Below are positions 1 to 8,244 of a DNA stretch of 14,727 nucleotides, piece by piece. A program made the translations under genes and the position numbers. The number at the start of each line of letters is the position of its first letter. Within the stretch, counting starts at the first letter, position 1. Under the pieces are notes generated by a model, which was not told where the DNA came from, searched no databases, and saw only the letters and a list, made by a program, of their open reading frames with translations. The stretch comes from Bdellovibrionota bacterium (GTDB lineage: Bacteria > Bdellovibrionota_C > UBA2361): contig JBILDU010000077.1 in assembly GCA_044352465.1 (NCBI GenBank), forward strand, positions 1-14,727, read 5' to 3'.

Positions 1-66
1 CATAACGGACAATAAACCCCGCCCGTATTTGATTCGATCGCCACCCTCCGGACCACTCAAACCTAG

Positions 67-3000
67 TTAATCCCCACTCCACTCCATGATGAACATACGA
101 CCGTCCGGAAGCCACGGTGGCCCCCACCCGGAGACAGTAGCAGGAAGCTGCGCGATAGGCGTGCGCGTGCCGAAGGAACTCTGAACCAGTCGATAGCGAT
201 CATTGAAATGAAACTCACTCGCTGTCACGCGTCCTCCCCCAGTGCGATCCGCCCCGACAGGATATATCGGGATCTGGTGGCAGAGATGGCTTCCGCGCAC
301 GCCGTGGTCTGCGTAGCCCCGGTCCAGGAGCAGCCTCGAGTTGCCGCTGCCCCTCCCAACGAGAAGACGCTTTCCAACAAAAACCCCCAAGTCGCACCTG
401 GGGAACGGCCCCCCTGAGAGGCGCGAGTGAAACTCAGCCGTAGTCAGGAAGTTTCTAATCCGAGTCAACTCTCCCGCCATCAGGCCGATGAGGCCTCCAC
501 TCGAAGTCCGGCTCCTGAGCTCATGGGTCGGATGTCCGAAGGATATTGGCCTGCCATAGAACTCGAACCGATTCCGCTGGGAATTGTAAACCACATGTCC
601 CGCATTGGTAATGGTATCGTAGCTGCACTCATTACTCAGCCCGACTACGCCCCCGGCGAGGTACGCATCGACCGAAACAGCGGTTCCGACCCGCTCGATT
701 GTGGCCGGGCTCGAGACACACACCCCGATTGCTCCACCTGCGAGAGCAGAGGAGGCGTTAATCACTCCGTGGGCAAATGCCGCGGCGAGTGTTCCCCCTC
801 TGTTTTCGCCGGTCACTCCGCCGACGATGGTATTCGTGAAGGGTGGTGGAAAAACGGAATTGCGGCCAACAAAAAGATCCGGCGCGTCGCTCAGCACCAT
901 CTCTATCGATCCCTCGTTTAACCCGACCAACCCCCCGACGGTGACATTGGTGGTGGGAACCTGCCCATCGATCAGGAGCCTCCCGTAGTGCCACACATGG
1001 TTTACCCTGCCTCGATTGAGCCCGATCATCCCCCCAATATACTGGTGGCGGGCTGGATCAATCGGCGTAAGATTGCTCCAACTCTCCTCATCCGGGGAGT
1101 TGTTAAAAGAGAGCCGCTCGATCGTCCCGTGATTGACCCCGATGAATCCTCCCCTCACCTCGACCGGCTGGCCATCGGCGCGGGTAATCAGCACCCCGGG
1201 GGCAGCCGGATCCCGTATGAGGTGGATCCTCAGATTTCGAACCCCGCGTAAGCTACCCCAGAACTCCGGAATCGGCGAGAAAGGTCGGGTGCGGTCCTCA
1301 AGGTCACAGATGACCGTATAGTCACCGTACGGGTTCTGGCGAAGCTTCTCCAGGTCGGAGGGCATCACGATATCGCCCGGCTTCGGTCCAACGCGGCGCT
1401 CGACCGTGAAAAAATAAAGGTCAGTTATGCCCACCATGAAGTGTACGCGCAACCCGTTGCAGAGCAGTGCTTCAACATGATTCTCTCCGAGAGAAGTAAA
1501 GGTGTGTTCCACCACCCCCGTCTCGAGGGGAATGGTGTACTCTCCGCCGAGCGGTTCACCGTTGGCGTAAAATTGGTGAAAGATCTGTACCTCTCGTCCC
1601 CCGCATCCCTCCGTTTCAATGCGTACGGTTACCGCACTACCCCGCATAAGCGGCTCTCCCTCGGGAATGGGTCGACCATCGGAGTCAAGCAGGGTCAGAC
1701 CCGTCAGCTCGCACGGTGGGGGCTCCGGGAGAGGCTGCACGACGAGGGGTATCGAGAGTGTGGCCCCCCGGGAGCTCTGAAGAGCGATGGTGTAGGTTAC
1801 TGTGGTAGGCGATCTGAAGATGGTTGGAGCGATGAGAGGGTATCGTATCACCGAGTCCGAGAGGACGCCCTGCTCCGGTGGAAGGGTTACCGTTGTCTCG
1901 TCCACCACATAGCTCGGGGTGATGGTGAAGCGAGGACCATCCTCAGCCGTGATACAGTTCCCCCCGACCGTAGCGACGAGGACCACGCCGGTCTCAGCCT
2001 GCGCCTCCCGAACCGGGGCACCCCGCTCGTCCTCAAGGTGCACACCCTTAAGGTGGCAGGTGGGGAGTTCCTCGCGGTGCACAAAGGGACTCTCCTCCAC
2101 CCGGTAGCATCGACCATGCCCACAGCCGTAGGGGCACCTAATCGGGGTCGAGATGGGGCCCTCCTCCCCACACGACGACTCCTGTACCGTGAAGTCGTCA
2201 GCGCAGAAGTCAGCGAGGAATTGCCCATCCTCCCACACCACTGCGCCACGGGTGAACTTCGCCTCCTCGTCGGCAGTTCGGTCGGTATCCACGCACTCCA
2301 GGGGCGGCCTACTCCTCACACCAACGCAATAGAGGTGGGTCGGCTCACGATCAAGCTCGGGACAGGAGCGGTCGGCAGCGTGGGTCCAGGCGGCGCTCGT
2401 CGCGGTGCTCAACCCGACCGTCCCAAGCGCCCGGTCAAACGCTGATACGCGATTAACCTTGCTGCCATCACCCTCCCGCCTCCATCCAGCACAGTGGTGG
2501 CCGGTAGGCGAGCCATCCCACTCCATGCCCGTCAGCACGGTTCCATCGACGAAGGTGCCGTCTGCGGCGAGAGCGATGGGAGCGGCAAGAGCTCCATCAA
2601 GGAGATCGGCCAGACTCTCCGCCACGAGTGTTCCATCGACGAGCTCTATCCGACGCCGCACCGGGGACGGATAGAGGGTGCCGGTGGTCGTCAGGAGCGA
2701 GCTATACCGGCCCTGAAGTCCCGCCGCGTTCGCCTCACGCATACACAGCGCATCAGCTCTCTCGCTGGGATCCCCGGCCAGGGAGGCTTTGATGGTCCCC
2801 CGGGTCACGAAGATAACTACATCTTCATGCTCGGGGCACACTCCGATTGGGCAATCATCGCACGGATCGCCTAACCCATCGCCATCGGTGTCACCCTGAT
2901 GGGGATTGGCGACGGATGGGCAGTTATCCTCCTCATCCGGAATTCCATCATCATCACCATCACGGTCATCGGGCTCGGGGCACTCCGAGCGTGAGGTGTC

Positions 3001-3240
3001 CTCATCTTCACCTTTTGAATCTCCGCCCCGTAGAAGACCCTCTGTCGGAGGTCCACACCGATCAGGCACGGGTAGAGCATCGGCGCGGGCTTCCAACCGG
3101 GAAGATGTCGTCTCGGCAAGCACTTCATTTCCGTACCCGAGTACGTTTGCGGATACGAGGAGTTCAAGCGCGAGTACGACAGCACTGCACCCTTTTTTTA
3201 CTGAAAAGCGGTACGGCGGCACCGAGAGTAGAAAACCCAT
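67..3240 (-). CDS. Large exported/surface mosaic protein (TSP type-3 repeat, endostatin/DUF1554-like domain, Cys-rich module, 2 Ig-like repeats, GLUG-motif region); putative adhesin
   Basis: 1057-aa ORF with a basic-then-hydrophobic N-terminus (KKGCSAVVLALELLVSANVLG). aa ~92-131 DRDGDDDGIPDEEDNCPSVANPHQGDTDGDGLGDPCDDCP matches the thrombospondin type-3 repeat pattern. aa ~143-306 (IFVT...ADALC..EA.AAGL.G.Y...C.GW...W.....C.....LYCV) matches the endostatin-like/DUF1554 pattern. The C-terminus has repeated GGFIGVN/IGGMIGLN/VGGLVGLN/VGGVTGEN GLUG-like motifs. Exact start uncertain; no clear SD. Confidence 0.85.
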   Translation of the reverse strand: MGFLLSVPPYRFSVKKGCSAVVLALELLVSANVLGYGNEVLAETTSSRLEARADALPVPDRCGPPTEGLLRGGDSKGEDEDTSRSECPEPDDRDGDDDGIPDEEDNCPSVANPHQGDTDGDGLGDPCDDCPIGVCPEHEDVVIFVTRGTIKASLAGDPSERADALCMREANAAGLQGRYSSLLTTTGTLYPSPVRRRIELVDGTLVAESLADLLDGALAAPIALAADGTFVDGTVLTGMEWDGSPTGHHCAGWRREGDGSKVNRVSAFDRALGTVGLSTATSAAWTHAADRSCPELDREPTHLYCVGVRSRPPLECVDTDRTADEEAKFTRGAVVWEDGQFLADFCADDFTVQESSCGEEGPISTPIRCPYGCGHGRCYRVEESPFVHREELPTCHLKGVHLEDERGAPVREAQAETGVVLVATVGGNCITAEDGPRFTITPSYVVDETTVTLPPEQGVLSDSVIRYPLIAPTIFRSPTTVTYTIALQSSRGATLSIPLVVQPLPEPPPCELTGLTLLDSDGRPIPEGEPLMRGSAVTVRIETEGCGGREVQIFHQFYANGEPLGGEYTIPLETGVVEHTFTSLGENHVEALLCNGLRVHFMVGITDLYFFTVERRVGPKPGDIVMPSDLEKLRQNPYGDYTVICDLEDRTRPFSPIPEFWGSLRGVRNLRIHLIRDPAAPGVLITRADGQPVEVRGGFIGVNHGTIERLSFNNSPDEESWSNLTPIDPARHQYIGGMIGLNRGRVNHVWHYGRLLIDGQVPTTNVTVGGLVGLNEGSIEMVLSDAPDLFVGRNSVFPPPFTNTIVGGVTGENRGGTLAAAFAHGVINASSALAGGAIGVCVSSPATIERVGTAVSVDAYLAGGVVGLSNECSYDTITNAGHVVYNSQRNRFEFYGRPISFGHPTHELRSRTSSGGLIGLMAGELTRIRNFLTTAEFHSRLSGGPFPRCDLGVFVGKRLLVGRGSGNSRLLLDRGYADHGVRGSHLCHQIPIYPVGADRTGGGRVTASEFHFNDRYRLVQSSFGTRTPIAQLPATVSGWGPPWLPDGRMFIMEWSGD

Positions 3241-3293
3241 AAAACACCATAAGAAAAATTAGGAGCGGCCGCTGCCCGACCGTCACTATTTCT

Positions 3294-3323
3294 GTTATAG
3301 TATCCCGGGTTTAAAATGTGCGA
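3294..3323 (-). promoter_or_regulatory. Possible sigma70 promoter for the surface-protein gene
   Basis: Minus strand TATAAC (3294-3299) in an AT-rich stretch ~55 nt upstream of the start. The -35 is poor (TCGCAC at 18-bp spacing). Confidence 0.35.
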
Positions 3324-3662
3324 TAAGGTAACCGTTTCGGACTGCCTGAATACGCTGGACTTGCCGGTAGAATAAGGGCTGTATTTTCAATAACTTTTCG
3401 ACTCCTAGCACGACTGAGTAAGCCGCTGGGCATCGTTGCGACTCCGCATCAACACCATCCCTCCAAAAAGGATGGGGCGATGAGAGCCTTGCCACTGAGT
3501 CTCCGAGTGATGGCGACGATCTCCCGAGATTCCGCTCCACGCCACCGTATCGAATTGAGTTCCCATAAGCTCGCGATATCGAGGTCGTCTATCGGCGGGA
3601 CCGCCTTCGAGGCCACGCTGGTAATCGATGTAGCGATGTCTTTATTGGGGAGACGCCGCAAT

Positions 3663-3696
3663 TCTGAATCCTATCTGAGTTTAGTCTGATTTCAGA
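3663..3696. promoter_or_regulatory. Phased direct-repeat array, putative transcription-factor binding site
   Basis: TCTGA at 3663, 3674 and 3685 (exact 11-bp period), followed by the inverted copy TCAGA at 3692-3696; ~70 nt upstream of the 194-aa gene. Confidence 0.55.
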
Positions 3697-3767
3697 TCCG
3701 GCCATGGGCGAACGTGGTATTGGATAAGCTCCCTCATGTCGTTATCACTTTAAAAAGGGAGTGAGCC

Positions 3768-4352
3768 ATGTCATGCGAGCTACTTCTCGAGTTCCACGGT
3801 GAAAGCCCCGAGCTTACACGGACAATCTTTCGAGCGAACGGTGGCGAAGTAAGAAGCGCCATTCGTGGGAAGACCCCGGGCGCTCGGCGCAATGCGGGCA
3901 CATTTCAATGGTCCTCCGCGGTGAGGGCGGTGTCGTTACTCTTCGCCAAAGCAGCACTGATGGGACGCGGGCTGTTGGAGGAATCAAACGCGGCCCTGCG
4001 GGGATCGACCGGCAGTAGCGCTGCGAGCCTTGATTATGCGATCTCGAAACAACCTGGATGGATAGTCGACATGTTCGGAATGGACGGGAGCGGTCACTCA
4101 CGCATTCGACGGCTTATCAGGCGCTCCAATGCTGAGCGGAAGTATCCCGGTCCCGTGGTTCTTGGAATCAATACGCTGAACATCTCCCCCAATGCTATCG
4201 ACATCTGGTGGAACGACGCACGAGTCGTCGACTCGACGATTTTAAGAACCCTGATTGATCATTTAGAGCGCCAATCCGGCGATCAGACTTCCACAACCTC
4301 AGCGCAGGAGTCCCCAGAGGCGTTTTTTCTCAGGCGAGCCCACGTCGCGTAG
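3768..4352 (+). CDS. Hypothetical protein, possible stand-alone winged-helix (OmpR/PhoB-effector-like) DNA-binding protein
   Basis: 194-aa ORF with SD-like AGGGAG (3756-3761) 6 nt before ATG; ends just before a bidirectional terminator hairpin. AASLDYAISK loosely resembles the OmpR recognition helix (RSIDVQISR). Gene reality is well supported; the fold is speculative. Confidence 0.7.
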   Translation: MSCELLLEFHGESPELTRTIFRANGGEVRSAIRGKTPGARRNAGTFQWSSAVRAVSLLFAKAALMGRGLLEESNAALRGSTGSSAASLDYAISKQPGWIVDMFGMDGSGHSRIRRLIRRSNAERKYPGPVVLGINTLNISPNAIDIWWNDARVVDSTILRTLIDHLERQSGDQTSTTSAQESPEAFFLRRAHVA

Positions 4353-4397
4353 GCCGTTTCCACCGGGGATCGAGGCAGTCTCGAAGACAACCTCTAC

Positions 4398-4447
4398 AAA
4401 AAAAGCCGCGCCGGCCTCAGGGAACACCCGAGACCGGCGCGGCTTTT
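4398..4447 (-). terminator. Intrinsic (rho-independent) terminator of rpsA, probably bidirectional
   Basis: Minus strand AAAAGCCGCGCCGGTCTCGGG-TGTT-CCCTGAGGCCGGCGCGGC-TTTTTTT, 20 nt after the rpsA stop. The plus strand ends in TTTT and lies downstream of the convergent 194-aa gene. Confidence 0.9.
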
Positions 4448-4467
4448 GAACAAGCGAAGCCGGAGCT

Positions 4468-6177
4468 TTACTTGTTGTCGTCCATCTTCTGACGGAGGAG
4501 ATCACCGAAGGTGAGCGCAGCACCGGTGTCTTCCACCATGTACTCCGCCATCTGCTCCTTCTCCTGGCGACGCTTAATCGCCTTGATGCTGAGGCTGATA
4601 CGCCGCTCATCGCGGTCGATATTGGTGACCTCAGACTCAACCGGCTGTCCAATCGTGAACTGGGCGTTCAGATCCTCGCCCTTCTCGATGCCGAGTTGGG
4701 AGATGTGGATAAGACCCTCGATACCCTCTTCGATCTCGACGAAAAGACCGAAATCGGTAATCGAGCTGATCTTGCCCTTGACCTTCGCACCAACGGGGTA
4801 CCGTTGCGCGATGGTCTCCCACGGATCGGACTGGAGCTGCTTGATGCCGAGGCTCAAACGCTCGTTCTCAGCGTCGATGTCGAGCACCACCGCCTCAACG
4901 TCGTCACCCTTCTTGTACAAGTCGTGGATCTCTTTCGGGTCACGGATGCGCTTCGTCCACGAGAAGTCGGAGACGTGCACGAGGCCGTCGATACCATCCT
5001 CGACACCGATGAAGATACCGAACTCGGTAATCGAGCGGACTTTTCCGGTGACACGGGAACCGATCGGCAGGCGAACCTTGAGGTCTTCCCACGGATTCGG
5101 CATGAGCTGCTTCAGACCGAGGCTGATGCGTTGTTGCTCAGTGTCGATGCCGAGAATGACCGCCTCGACCATATCGCCCTGGTTGAGGAGACGCGACGGA
5201 TTACGGACCTTCTTCGTCCAGCTCATCTCTGAGACGTGGATGAGACCCTCAACTCCTTCCTCGAGCTCAACGAACGCACCGTAATCGGTAAGGCTCGTTA
5301 CCCGGCCGTTGATCTTTCCTCCAACCGGGAAGCGCTCGTGGACGGTCAACCAAGGATCGGCCTTGAGCTGCTTCATACCAAGGCTGACACGCTCCTTCTC
5401 GCGGTCGTACTTGAGGACCACCACCGGGACGCTCTGACCAACCGAGAGACGCTCGGACGGATGATTGAGCCGGCCCCACGAGATATCGGTAATGTGGAGA
5501 AGTCCGTCGATACCACCGAGGTCGATAAACGCGCCGTAGTCGGTAACGTTTTTGACGACACCTTCCATGACAACGCCTTCTGACAAGACCTTGAGAGTCT
5601 CGGTGCGAAGCTGATCGCGCTCCGACATGAGAACCGCCCGGCGCGAAAGGACGATGTTGCCCTTGTCGCGGGTGATCTTGAGGACTTTGAAATTGAAGAT
5701 CTGATCGATGAACTTATCGAGGTTCCGGTGCGGGCGGATATCGATCTGCGAACCGGGCAAGAAGGCCGGAATGCCGATATCGACCTGGAGACCACCTTTG
5801 ACTTTCTGGACCACTTTTCCAGAGATCATGCCACCAGACTTAAAGGTGTTCTCGACGAGATCCCAGACACGCTTTTGATCGGCGCGCTCTTTAGAAAGGA
5901 GGAGCTGACCGTGCTCGTTCTCGAGCGCGATAATATAGACTTCGACCGAGTCACCGATCGTCGCATTAATCTTCCCTTCCGCATCGGTGAACTGCTGGAC
6001 CGGCACAACGCCGTCCGACTTAAATCCGATATCGATGGTAACCATCTCACGGTTCACACTGACGATTCGCCCTGAAACCACCTTCCCGGGCTTGAGGCTT
6101 CCCATCTTCTCGGTGAGAAGCTTCTCGAACTCGCTGGCAAAGGAGCCAGACACTACTTCACTACTTGCTTCCATCAT
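4468..6177 (-). CDS. rpsA: 30S ribosomal protein S1
   Basis: 569 aa with six S1/OB repeats (e.g. VKNVTDYGAFIDLGGIDGLLHITDISW, TDYGAFVELEEGVEGLIHVSEMSW, FGIFIGVEDGIDGLVHVSDFSW, FGLFVEIEEGIEGLIHISQL), plus KVKGGLQVDIGIPAFLPGSQID and C-terminal TFGDLL. Six-domain Gram-negative type. Confidence 0.99.
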   Translation of the reverse strand: MMEASSEVVSGSFASEFEKLLTEKMGSLKPGKVVSGRIVSVNREMVTIDIGFKSDGVVPVQQFTDAEGKINATIGDSVEVYIIALENEHGQLLLSKERADQKRVWDLVENTFKSGGMISGKVVQKVKGGLQVDIGIPAFLPGSQIDIRPHRNLDKFIDQIFNFKVLKITRDKGNIVLSRRAVLMSERDQLRTETLKVLSEGVVMEGVVKNVTDYGAFIDLGGIDGLLHITDISWGRLNHPSERLSVGQSVPVVVLKYDREKERVSLGMKQLKADPWLTVHERFPVGGKINGRVTSLTDYGAFVELEEGVEGLIHVSEMSWTKKVRNPSRLLNQGDMVEAVILGIDTEQQRISLGLKQLMPNPWEDLKVRLPIGSRVTGKVRSITEFGIFIGVEDGIDGLVHVSDFSWTKRIRDPKEIHDLYKKGDDVEAVVLDIDAENERLSLGIKQLQSDPWETIAQRYPVGAKVKGKISSITDFGLFVEIEEGIEGLIHISQLGIEKGEDLNAQFTIGQPVESEVTNIDRDERRISLSIKAIKRRQEKEQMAEYMVEDTGAALTFGDLLRQKMDDNK

Positions 6178-6297
6178 GTTTTGTCTTTTTGGGTAACGAA
6201 CGTACCCTTTTGGTGCTCTAGGTTGATGTGTCGCGCGAAGGCCGTGGTGCCTTCCTAACGCGAGCGAGGTGCGGAGCTAAATCGGACCTCGAAAAAG
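6178..6297 (-). promoter_or_regulatory. Structured rpsA 5' leader (three hairpins, A-rich, no Shine-Dalgarno)
   Basis: Stems CGAGGT/ACCTCG (6265-6291), TCGCG..GAAGGC/GCCTTC..CGCGA (6231-6263) and GGGTA/TACCC (6191-6207), then AAAAAGACAAAAC directly before ATG. Confidence 0.55.
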
Positions 6298-6303
6298 CAC
6301 AGT

Positions 6304-6333
6304 GTTGTAGCACTTCTAGAATGTCCCGTCCAA
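6304..6333 (-). promoter_or_regulatory. Putative sigma70 promoter of rpsA
   Basis: Minus strand TTGGAC (6328-6333), 18 bp, TACAAC (6304-6309) with an extended -10 TGn; sits immediately upstream of the leader hairpins. Confidence 0.5.
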
Positions 6334-6409
6334 TTGACCACGGGCCGGGGGACCTGGCGGCTCAGCCACGCCCCAGGCTCTCGTGTAGGAGCCTGAATAC
6401 GCTCATTTT

Positions 6410-6438
6410 TTGACTAAGACCGGGGCCAGCCATATATT
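6410..6438 (+). promoter_or_regulatory. Sigma70 promoter of paralog A
   Basis: TTGACT (6410-6415), 17 bp, TATATT (6433-6438), preceded by a T-tract. The ORF track's TTG start at 6410 coincides with the -35 box. Confidence 0.7.
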
Positions 6439-6484
6439 TTGGAGCAGCCTCAACCCCAAGGGTGCTTCAGGGAGATTTAAGACG

Positions 6485-8191
6485 GTGGAACCTCATCATC
6501 CGAATACAGAGCCCCCCCCCGGTGAAGCCGACCAAGCGCCGGCCCAGCCTGAGCGCTTACCCGAGCCGCTCGCCTATCCTCGCGAGGTGCTGTCCTTAAA
6601 CGAATTGTTTCAAGATCGCACCATCACTCGAATCACCGTGCCCACCTCCACGCTCGAGGATGTCGTCGCAATCCTCTCTCAAACGATCTACCATCTCGAA
6701 GATGAGCCAGGCTTTGACGCTGCGCTCACGAGAGTGGTGAGCTCCCTCACCACGGGGGATCCATTGACTCCCCAAGCCGCCGCAAGTATCGCCCCGCGAT
6801 TCGGGGATCTCTGCTTACGCGAACTGACGACGCTTTCAACCGTCGGACAAAAGCTCTCACGTTCAGCCGCCTTGGAACTCGAGCTCCACCACCCCCATGC
6901 AACCGGCTGTACGGTGACGATAGCAGCCGGCTCCTCACCTGAATCATTCCAAGTAACTCTCGACTGGCGGGGGGACTCTCCCTACCAAACCGACTACGCG
7001 GCTCAGAAGCGGTGGGAGCGCGTGGAGGATCTGCTCCCCTCTCTGACGGCGCTCGATCCATCAACCGTGATGGCCCAGCGAAGCACCACCTCGCCTCACC
7101 GGTTTACCCTCCCCGATGGACTTAGTTTGGAGGTGACTCCGCACAACGACCGGTATGCCGACATCTTTGTCGACCCCAGTCCATCGCTCCGGCCCGACCT
7201 CATTCACTGGTGCGGGCTCCGCCACCGGTTTGAAGAAGATGAGGAGCGGCTTGAACTCGACCAGCGCCTTTCCCGGCTCTACCGAAGACTCGCCTGTCTC
7301 AGTCCCGAGGTATCTCTTCGCGGGAATTTTGATGGCCGCGCCTTCACCCGAGAGGACCTCGCGCGGTGCGGCCCCGTCCCCTTTCTGAAAGGAAGCGATA
7401 AACATCTTGTGGGGTTCGTCGTCGAAAACTTCATCTTGATCGCCACTCACCGATCCACGGGGATCTCCCTGCTGGAGGACCTCGCCGCACTCGAGGAATT
7501 CGCGACAAAGGCGTCGTTGAGCGATCTGATGCCCCTCCCCGACCGCATCTTGGCGCTCGAGCTCGCTTTGCCGTCACCGACATTCACAGCCCAACTTTTC
7601 GCCGCGCTCGAACTCCCCGCCAAAGAGTACTTCATCGCCGCGCTCTCAAACTTCGTGGCTCATGCGAACTTCCTGGTCGATGAGGACCTGCAAGACGGGC
7701 TGCTCTTCGCTCTCAGCGCTGGCATACCGACGACTGTCACCTTGGGGCGAGAGTTTCTGATCGAAGAAAAGGAGCCCCCCGTTGAGCCCACTGAGGACAG
7801 CGCGAATGCCCCGTGGGAGGTATCAACCTGGGAAGCGGATGAGGATCCGGAGAACGTGGAGCTCTTTCGGTTTGCACGGGTTGGCATCGCGACCTCTGAT
7901 TCCACGATGATTACTCCGGTCGCCTCGTTCGTTATTCCGCACCGGGACACCACCGCGGAAGCTCTCCATTCGCCGTTCGTCGTCTTCGGCGACGCCCCGT
8001 CCCTCGAACTCTCAGTCCAACCGAATCAACTCGGGGAAGTCCACCTTCCGGAGCGAATCTCCCGGATTTTTCTCAATCTCCTAGGCTACGGGACGAGGGA
8101 CCTACCCAACCTTGCAGCCGTCGATGACCCGCTCTGTGGCGAGCGGACGCTCTACCTTGCTGAGGACACGCGTCTTCGTTTTAAACTCTAA
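6485..8191 (+). CDS. Hypothetical protein, paralog A of a tandem pair (unknown family)
   Basis: Long open frame (track 6410..8191). Preferred start is GTG 6485 (GGAG at 6471-6474, downstream of the promoter), giving 568 aa starting MEPHHP. Collinear homology to the next ORF supports that it is coding. No signal peptide or recognisable catalytic motif. Confidence 0.85.
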   Translation: MEPHHPNTEPPPGEADQAPAQPERLPEPLAYPREVLSLNELFQDRTITRITVPTSTLEDVVAILSQTIYHLEDEPGFDAALTRVVSSLTTGDPLTPQAAASIAPRFGDLCLRELTTLSTVGQKLSRSAALELELHHPHATGCTVTIAAGSSPESFQVTLDWRGDSPYQTDYAAQKRWERVEDLLPSLTALDPSTVMAQRSTTSPHRFTLPDGLSLEVTPHNDRYADIFVDPSPSLRPDLIHWCGLRHRFEEDEERLELDQRLSRLYRRLACLSPEVSLRGNFDGRAFTREDLARCGPVPFLKGSDKHLVGFVVENFILIATHRSTGISLLEDLAALEEFATKASLSDLMPLPDRILALELALPSPTFTAQLFAALELPAKEYFIAALSNFVAHANFLVDEDLQDGLLFALSAGIPTTVTLGREFLIEEKEPPVEPTEDSANAPWEVSTWEADEDPENVELFRFARVGIATSDSTMITPVASFVIPHRDTTAEALHSPFVVFGDAPSLELSVQPNQLGEVHLPERISRIFLNLLGYGTRDLPNLAAVDDPLCGERTLYLAEDTRLRFKL

Positions 8192-8244
8192 CTCCCTGAA
8201 ACCATGAAAAACACCTCCGCGAACCTCCCACCGGAAGCCTCTTT

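Noticed and set aside
1441..2445. 334-aa plus-strand ORF and other ORFs antisense to the surface-protein gene
   Set aside because: Fully overlap a well-supported gene, have Arg/Gly/His-rich shadow-frame composition, and show no motifs.
3295..3689. Small ORFs (81, 70, 69 aa) in the 527-bp intergenic region
   Set aside because: Mutually overlapping, no convincing RBS, no motifs. A real small gene cannot be excluded but is unsupported.
4511..6196. Plus-strand ORFs (257, 178, 115 aa, etc.) opposite rpsA
   Set aside because: Antisense shadows produced by the biased codon usage of rpsA.
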